The translations under genes and the position numbers were made by a program. The notes beneath the pieces were generated by a model. The model was not told where the DNA came from. It saw only the letters and a program-made list of their open reading frames with translations, and made no database searches. From the human T2T-CHM13v2.0 reference genome, Homo sapiens, in assembly GCF_009914755.1 (NCBI RefSeq), contig NC_060931.1: a stretch of DNA of 64,000 nt. One strand, given 5' to 3'. Shown in pieces: positions 11,091 through 26,769 of this stretch (its first letter is position 1; each line of letters begins with the position of its first letter).

Positions 11091-14000
11091 AAAACAGTAG
11101 AAATAATGTTAATATTCAGTCACTGGATTTATTTCTGAATTTCTAATAACTGTATAGGGTCCCACCAAGATAGTTTTAACAACCCTTTCTAAGAGTTTGA
11201 GATCTACTTTCATCAAAAGCAATTTGGTATTCTGTCCTATAGGGCTAATACCCTATCTAAATTCTTAAAATAAAACCCAGTGGGAAAAAAAGTATATTTT
11301 ACAAAAAGTTTTGCTAAAATACAAGGTGTATTGTGCAGTTTAGTTTGTCTTCAAGGGTGACTATTCAAGATTTAACGAGTGAGCCTTAATTTCACTGAAA
11401 GCGATGTGTATATCATCAGTTAAAACCACCTAATTGTTGCTTGTATGCCTGTTTCAGTCCAAGGGGAAAAATACAAACAAAAAGAAAAAGGAAAGAAAAC
11501 AAATAACTTTCATGTTCTTGGAAACATTATTGAATAAATAAATTGTGTGCCTTGAGAATCTAGGCTATTCTGAGACATACTACTCCTCACCCATCTCTAT
11601 TTGGGCTCACAAATATAATATGAGTAAGTAATTTTCATTTTATGGTAGTAATATGTGTTAGGCAATATGAAATACACTATTTCTCAAAGGATCACATTTA
11701 ATGCCAAACAAATCCAAAGAATAAAATTCTAATTGTAGAATTTCAGTAATCATCCATCTATGTTGAGAGCCATGGGAGAAGGCAGCAGGGATGGGTTAGG
11801 GTAGAATAGACATATTGTAGGCTTCTCCAATTCCACATATAGCTACCTCTGACCAGAAGACAGGAGAAAGGTAATTACTGGGTCCAGAGCTTAAATCTAG
11901 CAGAAGATTTGGCTGTCCTCTCAGCAGAAGATACTAAAACCAACAAAATCTACAGTCCTAGTTCTCTCTGAACAGTTTTATATTCACAAATCAAATGAAA
12001 ATTTGGTGAATTTGAAAGAAAATTATTGATGAAGGAGACCTCAAAGTTTATACACAGAGGCAAACAAGAAAAATTGTGTTAAAAAGCATGTCATTTTAAT
12101 GTTTACTTCTCTAAAACTAGTCATACCTTAGTCATTCAGAAAACCTCTCTGTCTTATAATAAATATCACCTTATAAACGTTTTCTCATATATCACCTTAT
12201 CAGCACTGACTGATAAGAAATGTTGTTATCCTCATCCAAGAAAATCGGCGTGTATGTTAAGTTACATCTAGTTGGAACAAGTGAGTGCATGAGTTTAAAG
12301 CAGCTCACCCAGCCCCTTATCTTCTATTAGCTATTTTCTTCTTATAAACTCCAGGTATTTTTTTCCATCTATTTCATTTGATCGTAGCAATACACTCATC
12401 ACTGGATCATTAGATATTTACATTATAAAATCATCTGATGTGTTTAATGGTGGGGAAAAAAACACACCTGACTTTCATCTTTTATTTCTGTATTAATTAT
12501 AATACATAGAACTCTCAGAAGTAAATGCATCCCTGCTTCTCATCATCAGATAAAGACAGAAAACAGTTTATCTTTAGTTAATTGGTATGTAAAACTGTCC
12601 AAACTTTGCTTCATACTTTTAAGTTTTAAACTCTTATAAAATCATAAATAATCATAAACATTCATAGTCAGAAGACACCTCAAAACCTTCTATCCCTCAT
12701 GTTAGACACAAGGAAACCAGGGCCAAGGAAGACATAGTTATCACTCAGCTCCTTATGACTTCTGACTTGATGCCCTCTGTAGAATATTTCACCCTGCTAT
12801 AGAGACTTTTCTTAAAAAAAGAAAAGAAAAAAAAATCAGCTATTTTTCAAAACTGTCCAAGCCAGAATCTTAAGGCTATATTTACTTAGCTGGGTTGGGG
12901 TGTGGTGAATAATTAAGTTCAGCAGGAATGTGCTTCAAAATAAAAATAAAAACACAGTCCAGCCTCTTTGGCCCAAATTCTGAGACTTCAGAAAAGAAAA
13001 TCCTTCTTGACTACCAACATTCACTAGAATTTGGAACGGTTTTCCACGCCTGATATAGGAGTCTATATGGTTGTTGCAGATTGGGATAATTTAGTCAGAT
13101 AAATGGCTTTTTGTGTTTGATTTGTAACAATGTACTTATATCAATAAACAATCCCCAAGGAAGGATTTTAAGGAAAAATAAACAACTTTCCTATGCACAA
13201 TAAAAAAATCATCTTTAAGTTTTCTTTTTAAAAATACTTTCATACTACCACCATTCTACCCTTACAGCATGTTTTAGATACAGTGTATTCTTCTAAGAAA
13301 ATGAGGTTGAGGAGGGAATTCCTGTGATACCCAGCTGAGGCAAGCCTTATTTGTGTATGAGTGACGAAATAAAGAAAAATATGCCCTCTTGTGGCTTATT
13401 TGTTCTGGTTCACAATTAATCAACAGTACTCTATTATTTCCTGAAACCCAGACATACCTGTATTCCAAGTGGAATTAAACTATTTCTTTGTGCAGTAACT
13501 GGCAAGAGCAGGTCCATACAGACAGCAGGAAGGCATTCCAACACTTCTGCTTTGTTCAAGGTCATAAGCAGCTGCTTAGCCACAGTGAAATCAGTATCCC
13601 TGAAAAGGAAGATTTTCCAAAATAACCCATAAATTTATATAGATATTATCAAAATCCCTTCCAAATAAATGCATTAGATAGAGTTTCTTTGCTAAATATT
13701 GAGGTTTGTTTTGGATAGACTTAAACCATCAGTTTCCACAAATGGGAGAAAATTCATGATTTGCTTTTCTACTATATTTGTGCCTCTACTATTTCTTTGA
13801 CTGTAAGACATGTTTATTTTTCCACTATGAAAAGTGAAGTGTATAATAAAGCATTTAAGATAATAGTGATTTTCATTCTTGCATATTTTTATCTCCTTTT
13901 GCCCTACTTTACTCAGAAATTAGGATGTAAAAAGTGTGTTACATATTGTGGGCTGCAGATATAATTAATTTTATAATATTACAAAAAATGCCCAACATGT

Positions 14001-14819
14001 TTTTCTAAAACAACAAAAATGAAAATGGGTTTAGTGGGGAACAGTTTCTGATCAAGAAAATGACTTTCATACAAAATGTCATTTAAGTAACTTAGTAACT
14101 AAGTGAATGTCAAAGGCTTAAAACAAGCCAGGTGGCTAAATTTTTAGTTCAACTCTATAATAATAACTATTATTATTTTTAGTATTATTATTATACAGAC
14201 AATGAAACTTAAAGTTAAGCGACTTAAAAATAAAATATTTACCATCTGACTGTAATTCCTTTGTTCATTAAGTGAGCTAGTAGGGCACTTCTAATCTTCA
14301 CCCTTAATTTAGCAAGTTACTACCGAACTAGACCAAATTCTATCTTACTAATCAGAAAGAATAAATGCAACTTCTCAAAGTGCCCAATTTAACGTCGGAG
14401 CTACTGCTTTTCTAAGGCACACAGTAACATAGAATCATGTTGCTTTAAGCCTATTTAGTATAGTGAACATTTTGACCTTTGATGCACTGATGTACTTTCA
14501 TTAGAATTATTTGGAAATAATATTCACGAAAGAGTTTAGGACTTTTAATTTCATTTTAATGTAGTGAATAATATTGTGTCATCATAATACCATTAACAAA
14601 TTGTATTCTTTTTCTATTTGCCACTTCAATAAAATTACTTTTCCTTATATCAAGCAAAGTTTTACTTTCCAACTTTTATTCTTGAGTTTGTCAAAAAGAA
14701 AGTCTACATTAGGAGTCTATGATAACCCATTTATTTTTAAAAATCTCTACTTTTACTACATTTAAAACTTACAATTCTAAGAAAAGAAGATAATTACAAA
14801 AGATGATAACATAGCCGTT

Positions 14820-15830
14820 AACTTCTGGGTTTCAGTCCAGCATGTAAGGAGCTTAGCGGCCAGCACTTCATCCCAACAAGAAGTAAAAAAACTGAACAAA
14901 ATGATGAATCAACAGTTCTTCTTGGATCGCTCAGAGAAATAAGCTCATGGGGCAAATTCTGTCCACCAAATGGGAGAGACAGACAGGGGGACACAGAATC
15001 ACAATTTACCAGGACAAAAATCACAGGAACTTTCTTCAGGTGGGAAAACCTGCATGGAAATTCACAAGTTAATGGAGGCTTGGAGTGGACAAGTCTGAGA
15101 TTAAAACACTCCAGGGAGACCCAAACAAAGGATGATCCCTACATTTTTGTGAGCTTTACATCCTGGAGCTGTAACTGGTCCTCACAAGAAGTATCAAGAA
15201 AAAAATGTCCCCTCTGCCTTTAGCAGGGAGAGAGAAAGAAAATAATCATTTAAAAATACTGTGGAATATTCTGTTCTCGTTGGCAATGCTACCTTCAGCA
15301 GAAACTATATGACCAGCGTCTAACCTGCTGGGATTTTATCAGAGCCTAAGTAACATGGGAGAAGGGATATACTCAAAGCCAGCCTGCTTTAGCCTACCAC
15401 TTTGCAAGTAGAAAATATTCAACTCCAGCCCTTTCTGGTCATCCTATCCCACATAATGGAGGGGGAAACAAAACAAAACAAAACTGAGAAGCAATGATGA
15501 AGTTCACAGTTCAGGGGCACAAGTTTAACAAAAGACTGGGACCTAACCATAGCACTGAAGGATACTTCCTCTTCTTCTGGATCTTACCACTACATTGCTA
15601 AAATTTTATGGCTGCAGTTCTTTTTATGTAGTATATCATGCCCATCTTTCAACAATAACAACAAAAATTATAAACCATACTAAAGGAAAAAAAAAAAACG
15701 CAGTTTAAAGAGACAGAGCAAGCATCAGAACCAGAGTCAGATATGGCAGGAATGTTGGAATTATCAGACTAGGTACTTTAAAAACCTGTGATCAGTATGC
15801 CAAGGGTTTAATGGAAAAAGTAGAAAGCCT
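14820..15830 (+). mobile_element. Old L1 (L1MC/L1MD-type) 5' UTR and ORF1 start
   Basis: 'ttcagtccagcatgtaaggagctt' and 'gagacagagcaagcatcagaaccagagtcagatatggcaggaatgttggaattatcagac'. Confidence 0.7.
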
Positions 15831-15844
15831 GGTAGAGTGATTAA

Positions 15845-16305
15845 TTTTTGTAGATAAGCTTTATACCATGCAACCTTGCTATAATGCTCATTAGTTCCAA
15901 GATAGTTTTTTTGTTGATTCCTTCAGATTTTCTAAGTAGATGATTATGTTATCTGCAAACAAAGATAGTTTTATTTCTTCTTTACCTATCAGTCTGTCTC
16001 TTATTTCTTGTTCCCATCTTGTTGCACTAGCTAGGAGTTTCAGTACTTTTTTAAAAAGTAGTGGTGAGAGGAGATAGCATTGCTTGTTTCTGATCTTAGT
16101 GATAAAGCTTTGAATTTCTCACCATTAAGTATGAAGTTAGCACTAGGATTTTTGCAGATGTGCTCTATCAAGTTGAGGAAGTTTGCTCTATTCTCGTTTG
16201 TTGACAGTTTTCATCATGAATGGGTGTTGGATTTCGTCTAATCCATTTTCTGTATTTATTGATAAAATTTTATGTGTTTTTTCCTTTTCTTTTGACTGTT
16301 GATAT
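15845..16305 (-). mobile_element. L1MC-type ORF2 fragment
   Basis: 'atctgcaaacaaagatagttttatttcttc' and 'tttctcaccattaagtatgaagttagc' are antisense L1 ORF2. Confidence 0.8.
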
Positions 16306-16477
16306 GCAAACAGAAAAAAAATAGCTTCATTGTTTTCAGGTAAACTCAGTCAATGATTTTTCAGCCATTTAACGTTTTAATCATATTTCAATCCAGGGTT
16401 CTACAGTTTTTTGCTTTCTCCCAATGGTAGCATTTAAATTCAAAGAGGGCTTAAATAAATCTAGGAGTGGAAGGGAG

Positions 16478-16858
16478 GTATATTGGTTTTCTAGAGCTGC
16501 CATAATAACTAACACAGAGCAGGTAGCTTAACAAGAGAAATTTATTTTCTCACATTTCTGGAGGCTATAAGTCAAAGATCAAGGTATCATCAGGGTTAGT
16601 TTATTCTAAGTTCTTTCTAATTAGTGTGTAGATGGCCATCTTTTCTGGTGTTTTTCCATCATCTTTCGTGTGTGTGTGTCCTAATCTCCTCTTCTTATAA
16701 GGACATCAGTTATATTGGATTAGGTTCCACCCATATGATCTATTTTACCTGACTTACTTTTTTAAAGACCCTATATCCAAATACAGTCACATTTTGAGGT
16801 GCTAGGGTTTAGGACTTCAATACATATGAATTGGTGGAGGTCACAATTCATCCCACAA
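16478..16858 (-). mobile_element. MLT1B/MLT1C-like solo LTR
   Basis: 'gctgccataa...aaatttattttctcaca..tctggaggct' and 'tccaaatacagtcacattttgaggt..tagggtttaggacttcaa'. Confidence 0.85.
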
Positions 16859-17239
16859 AAGGAATGAAGGGAATTTTTTGTTTAGAGACATTTTCTTTCT
16901 TCCATTGGCATACATTAAGATGAATACAAAGCCGCCTGCTAGGATTTATCTTGTTTTCCCATTGTATCTGTGAAATACCTACAGTTTAGTTATGGCATCC
17001 AGTTAAAAATCCCCCTTATTCTGCCCCTTATTTTAAACACTAGGTTCCTTTGGTTAAATGATAGTAAAGGACATTAGTACCTTGCTTCTGGGCCTCTGTA
17101 GCTAGCAGCCTCACAGTTGTACCCCATAAATACAGTGGGGTAGGCTTGACCAAAGGTACAGGATATTCTATAATCCCCAGACTTTGCCAAACATTGGGAA
17201 ACTGAAGAAAACCCATATTTTAATCTAACTTTTTCTTTC

Positions 17240-17432
17240 TCCTTTTTTTCTTTTTTTTTGAGACAGTGTCACCCAGAATCTGAGTCGCTCTCTCATCCAG
17301 GCTAGAGCTAGAGTGCAGTGTCATGGTCACAGATCACTGTAGCCTCGACCTCCCATGCTCAAGCACTCTTCTCACCTCAGTCTCCTGAGTAGCTGGGGCT
17401 ATAGGCATGGGACACCTCACCCAGCTAATTTT
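17240..17432 (-). mobile_element. FLAM_C / AluJ monomer
   Basis: Poly-T followed by 'gatcactgtagcctcgacctcccatgctcaagc' (J-type); single arm only. Confidence 0.85.
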
Positions 17433-18029
17433 CAACTAATTATTTTACTTCTTCAACTCAGCGCTGATTTTTCCCAGAATGGTCAAACTTCATATAGCCC
17501 TGAGTAGGGATAGTCTGGTTTTTCACCTATTGTCCTTCTTAACTCTTTTTTTATGGCATATACTATATTTTTTAGAATTTACAAAGTTGAAAACAAACAA
17601 AGAGACTTTTTGGGAAAATACTAACCCTTGAATTTTGAGATACTGCTAGGCATTTAAAAAAGTCTATTCAGAAATCTTAAAGTTGAAAGTTGGCTTTGTT
17701 TTATTCAATTCCTTCGTCTTCCTTTCAGTAAGTGATCACATAGTTCATGGAACACTTAGTTACACAAAGCATGATGAGTCCTGAGGTAATCAGGAATTGC
17801 TGAGATAAAATATTTGTACCTCAAAAATGTTATTCCAAAATGTATGGCATATATAACCAAAGATGCTATTTAAAATTTGTGAGACAAAGATACATAATCA
17901 ATAGTTTTAGAATAGAATGATGAATGAAATATTAAGAAAATTTAGCAGCTTTTTCCCCCGCAACATTTCTCCAAATAGAATGCATGCATTAACGTTTTGA
18001 ATGTAAAAATGAACTGACATGCTCAAGGA

Positions 18030-19830
18030 AAATTGGAGACCCGTAATACAAATATAATAAAAGTGAATCTAGAATCCTACCTCACACCCAAACAAAATAA
18101 TTCCAGAGGGATTTGATCTAACAGTGAAAGGAAAAACAATATCATTTAGAAAACAAACAAACAAACAAACAAACAAACATGGAAGAATATCTTCATGAGC
18201 TTAGAGTAGAAAAAGGTAGTTTGAACAGTACACAGAAATGTTAACCATAAAGAAAGAGCTTCATAAATTGGACTGTATTAGATTAATAACTCTGGTCATC
18301 AAAAGAAACAATTAAGAAAGTAAAAAATCAAGCCACAGAGTGAGCGAAGTTATTGTCAATCCATATATCTTCACATCCTTTACATATGCAGAATATGTAA
18401 AGGATTTACTTGAATGAATGAGAAAAAGGCAACCTAGTAGAAACAGGGAATAAAGACTAGAAAAGACTTTTCATCTAAGGGGTATTCAACAGCTATTAGA
18501 GATCCATAAAAATATTTTTTAAATTTTATAAAAGGATATTCAAAAGTCCAATAACTTTTGTAGTGATCAAGGAAATGCAAATAAAAACCACAATGTGATT
18601 CTACTACATTCCCACAAAAATGACTAAAATGAAAAAGACAAAATGCCAATAGTTACTGAGGATGGAAGTATCAGAATTCTCATGTACTGTGGGTGGAAAT
18701 ATTTGTAAAACCACTTTGGAAAACCCTGAGGACTAAACTCTGATTTTTTTATCTTGCCCAAATTCCTGTTTAAGAGGTCTGGGGAGTCATGCCCTACAAA
18801 TCATAAATTCTCATCAGATTTTTTTTTTAATTTAATCCTGTATATTTGACTTACTTCCCAACCTGACTCTGTCATAACATTACAAGACAAGGAAAAAAAT
18901 GAACATGTTTTATCCAAAAACATGTTTCTTTGCCATATCTTGAAATGGCCCTGCAAAGCTGTCCTTTGTGGGGGAAAATTTGCAACTGGAAAGAATCTCT
19001 ATTAACATAGCTAGATCTTTTTCTTCCAGGCCCTCCCAATCCTAAAGAGATTAACTAAAAGCCTAGCACCTTTTAAATATCTGAATAGGAAACAGTTGGC
19101 ATCTATTGCCTCTAAGGGCAGCCACTATAAGACTTCAAAAGAACCTTGGTCTCCACAAATCTTAACCTGAATGTTTCCTTTCTGTGATCCCAGGTTTTTA
19201 GATAAACCCAACCAATTTTCAACCAGAAAATGTTTAAATTTACCTGTATTACCTATAGCCTGGAAACCCCCACCACCCCCGCCACCCCTGCTTTGAGTTG
19301 TCCCGCCTTTCTGGACCAAACCAGTATATTTCTTAAATGAATTTGATTGATGTCTCATGTGTCCCTAAAATGTATAAAACCAAGCTGCACCCCGACCACC
19401 TTGGGCAGATGTTCTGAGGACCTCCTGAGGGCTGTGTCATGGGCCATGGTCACTCATATTTGGCTCAGAATAAATCTCTTAAAATATTTTACAGACTTGG
19501 ACTCTTTTCATTGGCAACCCTTTGGCAGTATAGATTAAAAACTAAATGTTTTAATAACCTATAACCCTGCAATTCTACTCATAGAGCCCAAGAAATATAT
19601 TTCCAACAAAGAAATGGACAATAATGTTCATGGCAACACTCTCTGAAATAGCCTCACATTAGAAATCACTCAAATTATTCTCAACAGTAGAATGGATGAA
19701 TATATTGTGCAAAATCCAATAATCAAAAGAAGGTTATACAGCAACAAAAATAGATGTAACTACACCAACAATGTACATGTCTTTAAGAAAATTAGTAGTC
19801 CTTAAAAGCAGACACATTCACAGTATGATT
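18030..19830 (+). mobile_element. L1ME-type ORF2 3' region, split by a MER4 LTR
   Basis: 'aggaaatgcaaataaaaccacaatgtga'; 'ccactttggaaa' resumes as 'tttggcagta' after the LTR. (CAAA)n at 18151-18179. Confidence 0.75.
18727..19516 (+). mobile_element. MER4E/MER4D-group ERV1 solo LTR
   Basis: TG...CA termini; start 'tgaggactaaactctgatttttttatcttgcccaaattcc'; 'tggctcagaataaatctctt' near the end; exact 4-bp TSD accc (18723-18726 / 19517-19520). Confidence 0.9.
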
Positions 19831-19969
19831 TATGGTTTTCACCATACAAAGCCTTCTCATTTATAGGAATAAACAAATTGATGCTAAGATTCATATAAAA
19901 AATAACCCCACAAGATTAGGAGAATTGACTCTTTTTGATATGACTCTTCCAAACCAATAGTAACAACTT

Positions 19970-21600
19970 CACTCCATTTCTTCAAGTTTCCTTTTTGTCT
20001 TTCAAAAATGTTTTAAAGCTTTTTCCCGTACAGGTTTTGTCTGTTTCTTAATGATATCATTACTAGGTATTTTAACTTTATCACTGATACTGATAAGTAA
20101 GGCTTTTCTTTCATTATATTGTCTCACTAAATATTGTTTTTGTATATAAAGCTTATTGATTCTTGTGTGTTAGTTTTATATTCTGCAAACTTTTGGAATT
20201 ACTTTATTGTTTTCCTACCTTTATCATGTATCCTTTGGGATTATTCAGGAATACTATTATATAATTGAGATTAGCTTGGTTTTAAAGGTTTGGTGAAAAT
20301 TTTTAATAACTATTTCTTCTGTAGAAGTATAACCTTCTATCTCTACTGGGATAAATTTGGATAAATTATATTTTCCTTTGAATGTTATCTATTTTGTTTA
20401 GGTTCATCATTTTATTTGCATACTGTTGGGCAGAGTCACTTAATGTTTTAATTTTTTCTTTCCATAATTATTACCACTTGTAATTTATTAGGTTTATGTT
20501 TTCTTTCTTTTATGTTTTAATTTGGTTATCTAATAATTATTTTAATTGTTTTTAAAGTTTTTTATTAACTGGTTTAACTGTTTTTCCTTTTTAAAATTTA
20601 TTAACATTTTGCTTGTCCACTAATTATTTTCTTTTTGCTCCTTTTTTTTTTTTTCAAGGGTTTTCTATTTGTTCTTTAACTTTTTTGGGAAAATTTACTT
20701 CAATCCTATTCCTTCTTTTATTTGTATTACTAAAAATGTAAATAGCCATACATTTTCTTACGATTACTACTTTATACCAATAGTGTCTCAAATGTAGTGT
20801 TTTCGTTAACATTAGTTTTCAGATTTTTATTTCCTAATTCCTCTTTCTCCTGTATATTAATAGAAGTTCTTTTTTAAATTTCCGGATAAAGAGACATCAT
20901 TATTATTTTTAATGTCTAGTTTTTAATTGTGTTATTTTCTAAATCTATTGTAGCTCTGTGAGAAAATATTGCTTGTAATATTCATGGTAATTTTGGGGAT
21001 TTGAAGGGCCAAATATATGTTTAATTTTCATGACTATTTCTTGTGCACTTGAGATTAAGGCATTTTTCTGTTACCATGTATATTTGCATAAGATTATGTT
21101 GCTTAAGTCTTCTTTAACATTATCGTTATTATTATTTGCTCTACTTGATTTTTGTATGGAGAATGGTGTGTTCAAGTATTCTGCATTTAGTGTTTTTCAG
21201 TTTCCTTTGCATCACTTGTAGTTTCTACTATATAAAGCTAGTTGTTTTGTTAGTTGTTTAGCTATTCATAATATTGTGTATTGTGGTCTTTAGCATTATA
21301 AAGTATACCTTTTAATGCCTTTTGACCTACTGTACCTTGTCTGTTATCAGAAATCCAATCTATCTTCTCTTATTTACTTTTTCAAATACACCTTCACCCA
21401 TTCCTTTATTTTTAGCCTTTTAGAATCACACCATTTTAAATTTGTCCCATGCATTCAGCATATAATTGAGTTCTAGATTATGAGCCAGTTTGAAAATGTT
21501 TATCTTTTGTTTTATCCTTCACTTTTTTCTTGTTGATACTGTTAATTTTGAATAGATATGATTTTCATCAGCTAAAATTGTTCATTCTCATTTTCTGCTT
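19970..21600 (-). mobile_element. Highly degenerate L1M ORF2 fragments
   Basis: T-rich antisense L1 text such as 'tattgattcttgtgtgttagttttatattctgcaaac'. Confidence 0.6.
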
Positions 21601-21616
21601 TTTTTCCCACTGAGTT

Positions 21617-22736
21617 TGATATGGTTTGGCTGTGTCCCCACAATTCCCATGTGTCATGGTAGGAACTCAATGGGAGGTGTTTGAATTATGGAGGCAGGTG
21701 CGCTGTTCTCATGACAGTGTATGAGTCTTACGAGATCTGATGGTTTTAGAAGAGAAGTTCCCCTGCACAAACTCTCTCTTTTTCTCCACTGCCATCCACG
21801 TAAGATGTGATTTACTTCTCCTTGCCTTTGGCCATGATTGTAAGGCTTTCCCACCCATGTGGAACTGTATGTCCATTAAACCTGTTTCTTTTGTAAATTG
21901 CTCAGTCTCAGGTATGTCTTTATCAGCAGCATGGAAGTGGATTAACACAGTAAGTTGCTAAAAGTAGAGTGGGGTGTTTCTGAAAAGATACTAAAAAATG
22001 TGGGAGTGACTTTGGAACTGGGTAACATGCTGGGGATGGAACAGTTTGGAGGGCTCAGAAGAAAACAGGAAAATGTGGGAAAGTTTGGAACTTCCTAGAG
22101 ACTTGTTGAATGGCTTTGCCCAAAACGTTGTTAGGGATATGGACAATAAAGTCCAGGCTGAGGTGGTCTCAGATGGAGATGAGCAACTTGTTGGAACTGG
22201 AGCAAAGGTGACTCTTGTTATGTTTTAGCAAAGAGCCTGGTAGTATTTTGCCCCTGCCCTAGAGATTTATGGAACTTTGAACTTGAGAGAGATAATTTAG
22301 GGTATCTGGCAGAAGAAATTTTCTGCAACAAAGCATTCAAGAGGAGACTTGGGTGCTGTTAAAGACATTCAGTTTTATAAGGGAAGCAGAGCATAAAAGT
22401 TTGGAAAATTTGCATCCTGACAATGCAATAGAAAAGAAAATCCAATTTTCTGAGGAGAAATTGAAGCCAACTGGATAAATTTGCATAAGTAACAAGGAGC
22501 TGAATGTTAATTGCCCAAACAATGGGGAAAATGTCTCCAGGGCATGATAGAGGTCTTCAGGGCAGCCCCTCCCATCACAGGCCAGGAGGCTTGGGGGAAA
22601 AAATGGTTTAGTGGGCCAGGCCCAGTGTCTCCATGCTGTGTGCAGCCTAGGGACTTGGTGCCCTGCATCCCAGCCACTTCAGCTGTGGCTGAAAGGGGCC
22701 ACAGTAGAGCTCAGGCCATGAAAATGGACTAATACA
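21617..22736 (+). mobile_element. THE1B-like element: 5' LTR 21617-21949, partial internal region to ~22720, last ~20 bp of the 3' LTR
   Basis: LTR start tgatatggtttggctgtgtcccc; terminal 'catgaaaatggactaataca'; TSD gagtt / cagtt. Confidence 0.92.
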
Positions 22737-23515
22737 CAGTTGTATATGGATTTTATTTTATTCTATCTTTGCTAATTTCTCTTCTCTTTGAATTGTCTCA
22801 TATTTGCCTAGACCAGCAATAATAGGTAATTTTGTAAGAGAAGTTTGGGTATGTGGATTCTCAAGTTTCTTTGTTCCACAGTATCCTCTTCTTTTGATAT
22901 ACCAAAAGACAGTTTTATTCATAAATGTCTGTCTTCATTTCAGGGGAGGAAAACGATTAATGGGTCTTCTGATTTTGCAGTTCTCTTTTGTTTTCATAGG
23001 ATGCTTGGTTTCCACCATTTGCTCTCTTCTCTTTTGCCAGCCCCAATTTCCAAGGAATGCCTCCTCCCTAGAAGCTGTGCTTTCTGAAAACTACTAGCTT
23101 TGATCGCCTACACTTTTAAGCCCCTTCATTACAATTCCCCAGTAGTCCATGCTGTGACTCTTCTCAGTAACTTCCACTAAGTGTGGAACTCTTTCTCTTG
23201 AGTCATTTAACGTTTCCTGCTATTGCTAGGCTTCACCACCATCTCCTTTCTACTCAATCTCCTTTTTAATCTTAACCTCAGCTTGGGTTCCAGATCTGAC
23301 CCTACTCATTTTGGGATGTTTATTTTATTATTTATATGTAAATTAGAGATTTTAGTAATTTATATCTACTAGTTAAGCTCTAGATCTCAGTTAAGAGTGG
23401 TTTTGTGTGTGCTCCCTCTTGTTCTTTGTGAGTTTTTAGAGGCTGTGAGGAAAGCTTTCAATTGCCACTATTCTATGGAAACCCAGAACTGAGTAGGATT
23501 TCCTTTTTCATTTCC

Positions 23516-23825
23516 ATTTTTTATTTATCTATTTATTTTTTCAGAGAGGGTCTCTCTCTCTCTGTCTCCCAGGCTGGAGCTGGAGAGCGGTGATGCAATC
23601 AGGGCTCACTGCAGCCTTGATCTCCAGGACTCAACCATCCTCCTGCCTTAGCTTCCTGAGTAGCTGGGACTACAGGTTTGTGCCACCAGGAATAGCTAAT
23701 ATTTTTTGTAGAGAAGGGGTCTCACTGTGTTGCCCAGACTGGTCTAGAATGCCTAGGCTCAAGTGACCCTCTCACCTCATCGTCTCAATATGCTAGGATT
23801 ACAGGCATGAGCTATCACACTAGTC
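23516..23825 (-). mobile_element. AluJo
   Basis: 'gctcactgcagccttgatctcc' and 'gtagagaaggggtctcactgtgttgccca' are J-type diagnostics. Confidence 0.88.
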
Positions 23826-23841
23826 TCTGTCTCTCTCTCTC

Positions 23842-25850
<2,009 letters not shown>

Positions 25851-26769
25851 TATTCTAGATTAAAATGTGAAAGCAGATTTTAAAATAACTACTTTTTATA
25901 TTACTAATTTATAAGAAAAAAAAACACTTTTAAAAAGCTTTGAGCTCTTAAAAATGAATATATAGTGTAACACTGGAAAGGAAGAGACTCTTGCTCGACC
26001 AGAATAGACTATTACTTAATTGACCTTTTCTGCCTTAGTCATATGAGAGCAGGACTTTTCCAACTTGCAAAAGGCATTTGAAATCAAAGGAGCATTACAC
26101 CAAAGAACTTGAATGAATAGACCTTTTAAACTGCAGCTATTGATCTAATACAGTTAAAAAAAAAAAAAAAAGCACCAGACTGTTGCCACTTAAAAATAGC
26201 CTTCCAATGTCATTTATTGATTTAGATAGACTTAAACAATAATATTTCGTAGAATCAGCTTTTAACTGGCAGTTAGTCCTCCAGGCCCAACCCAGTGTAA
26301 ATCAGCTTAAACTTAAGTACTAAGTAATAACAATTTTAGTGAGGAACCATCTTAATTTTCAGTGTAGGATGATGAGAAAAGGGCTCATGATAGGTACGGG
26401 AACTTACTCCCTTCCATATTGTTGATTACTATGTTCATCAACAAGGAGAGTCTTCTTGCACAGTGGTCAAGCTAAAAGGGAGCTGAGGGTACTGAATAGA
26501 GGCTTTTAGAAGTACAGAGATCTTTGGAACCAGTGTTTCCCAGTCTGACTCATTTTCTTCCTCTAGCCTTAGGAACCAGCCTTCTTGCATCCTTTTTTTC
26601 CTATTATCACTCTGACTTCCATTCTTTCCAAATATAGTAAGAACTCCAACACACCATTACAGTTTTCCTTAGAACTCTCTATATCTTGAAATAAACTCAG
26701 ATATATTTCAAATATCCTAATAAATAGTAACATCAGGAGCTAGAGAAAAAATTAAAGCATATAAGTTTT

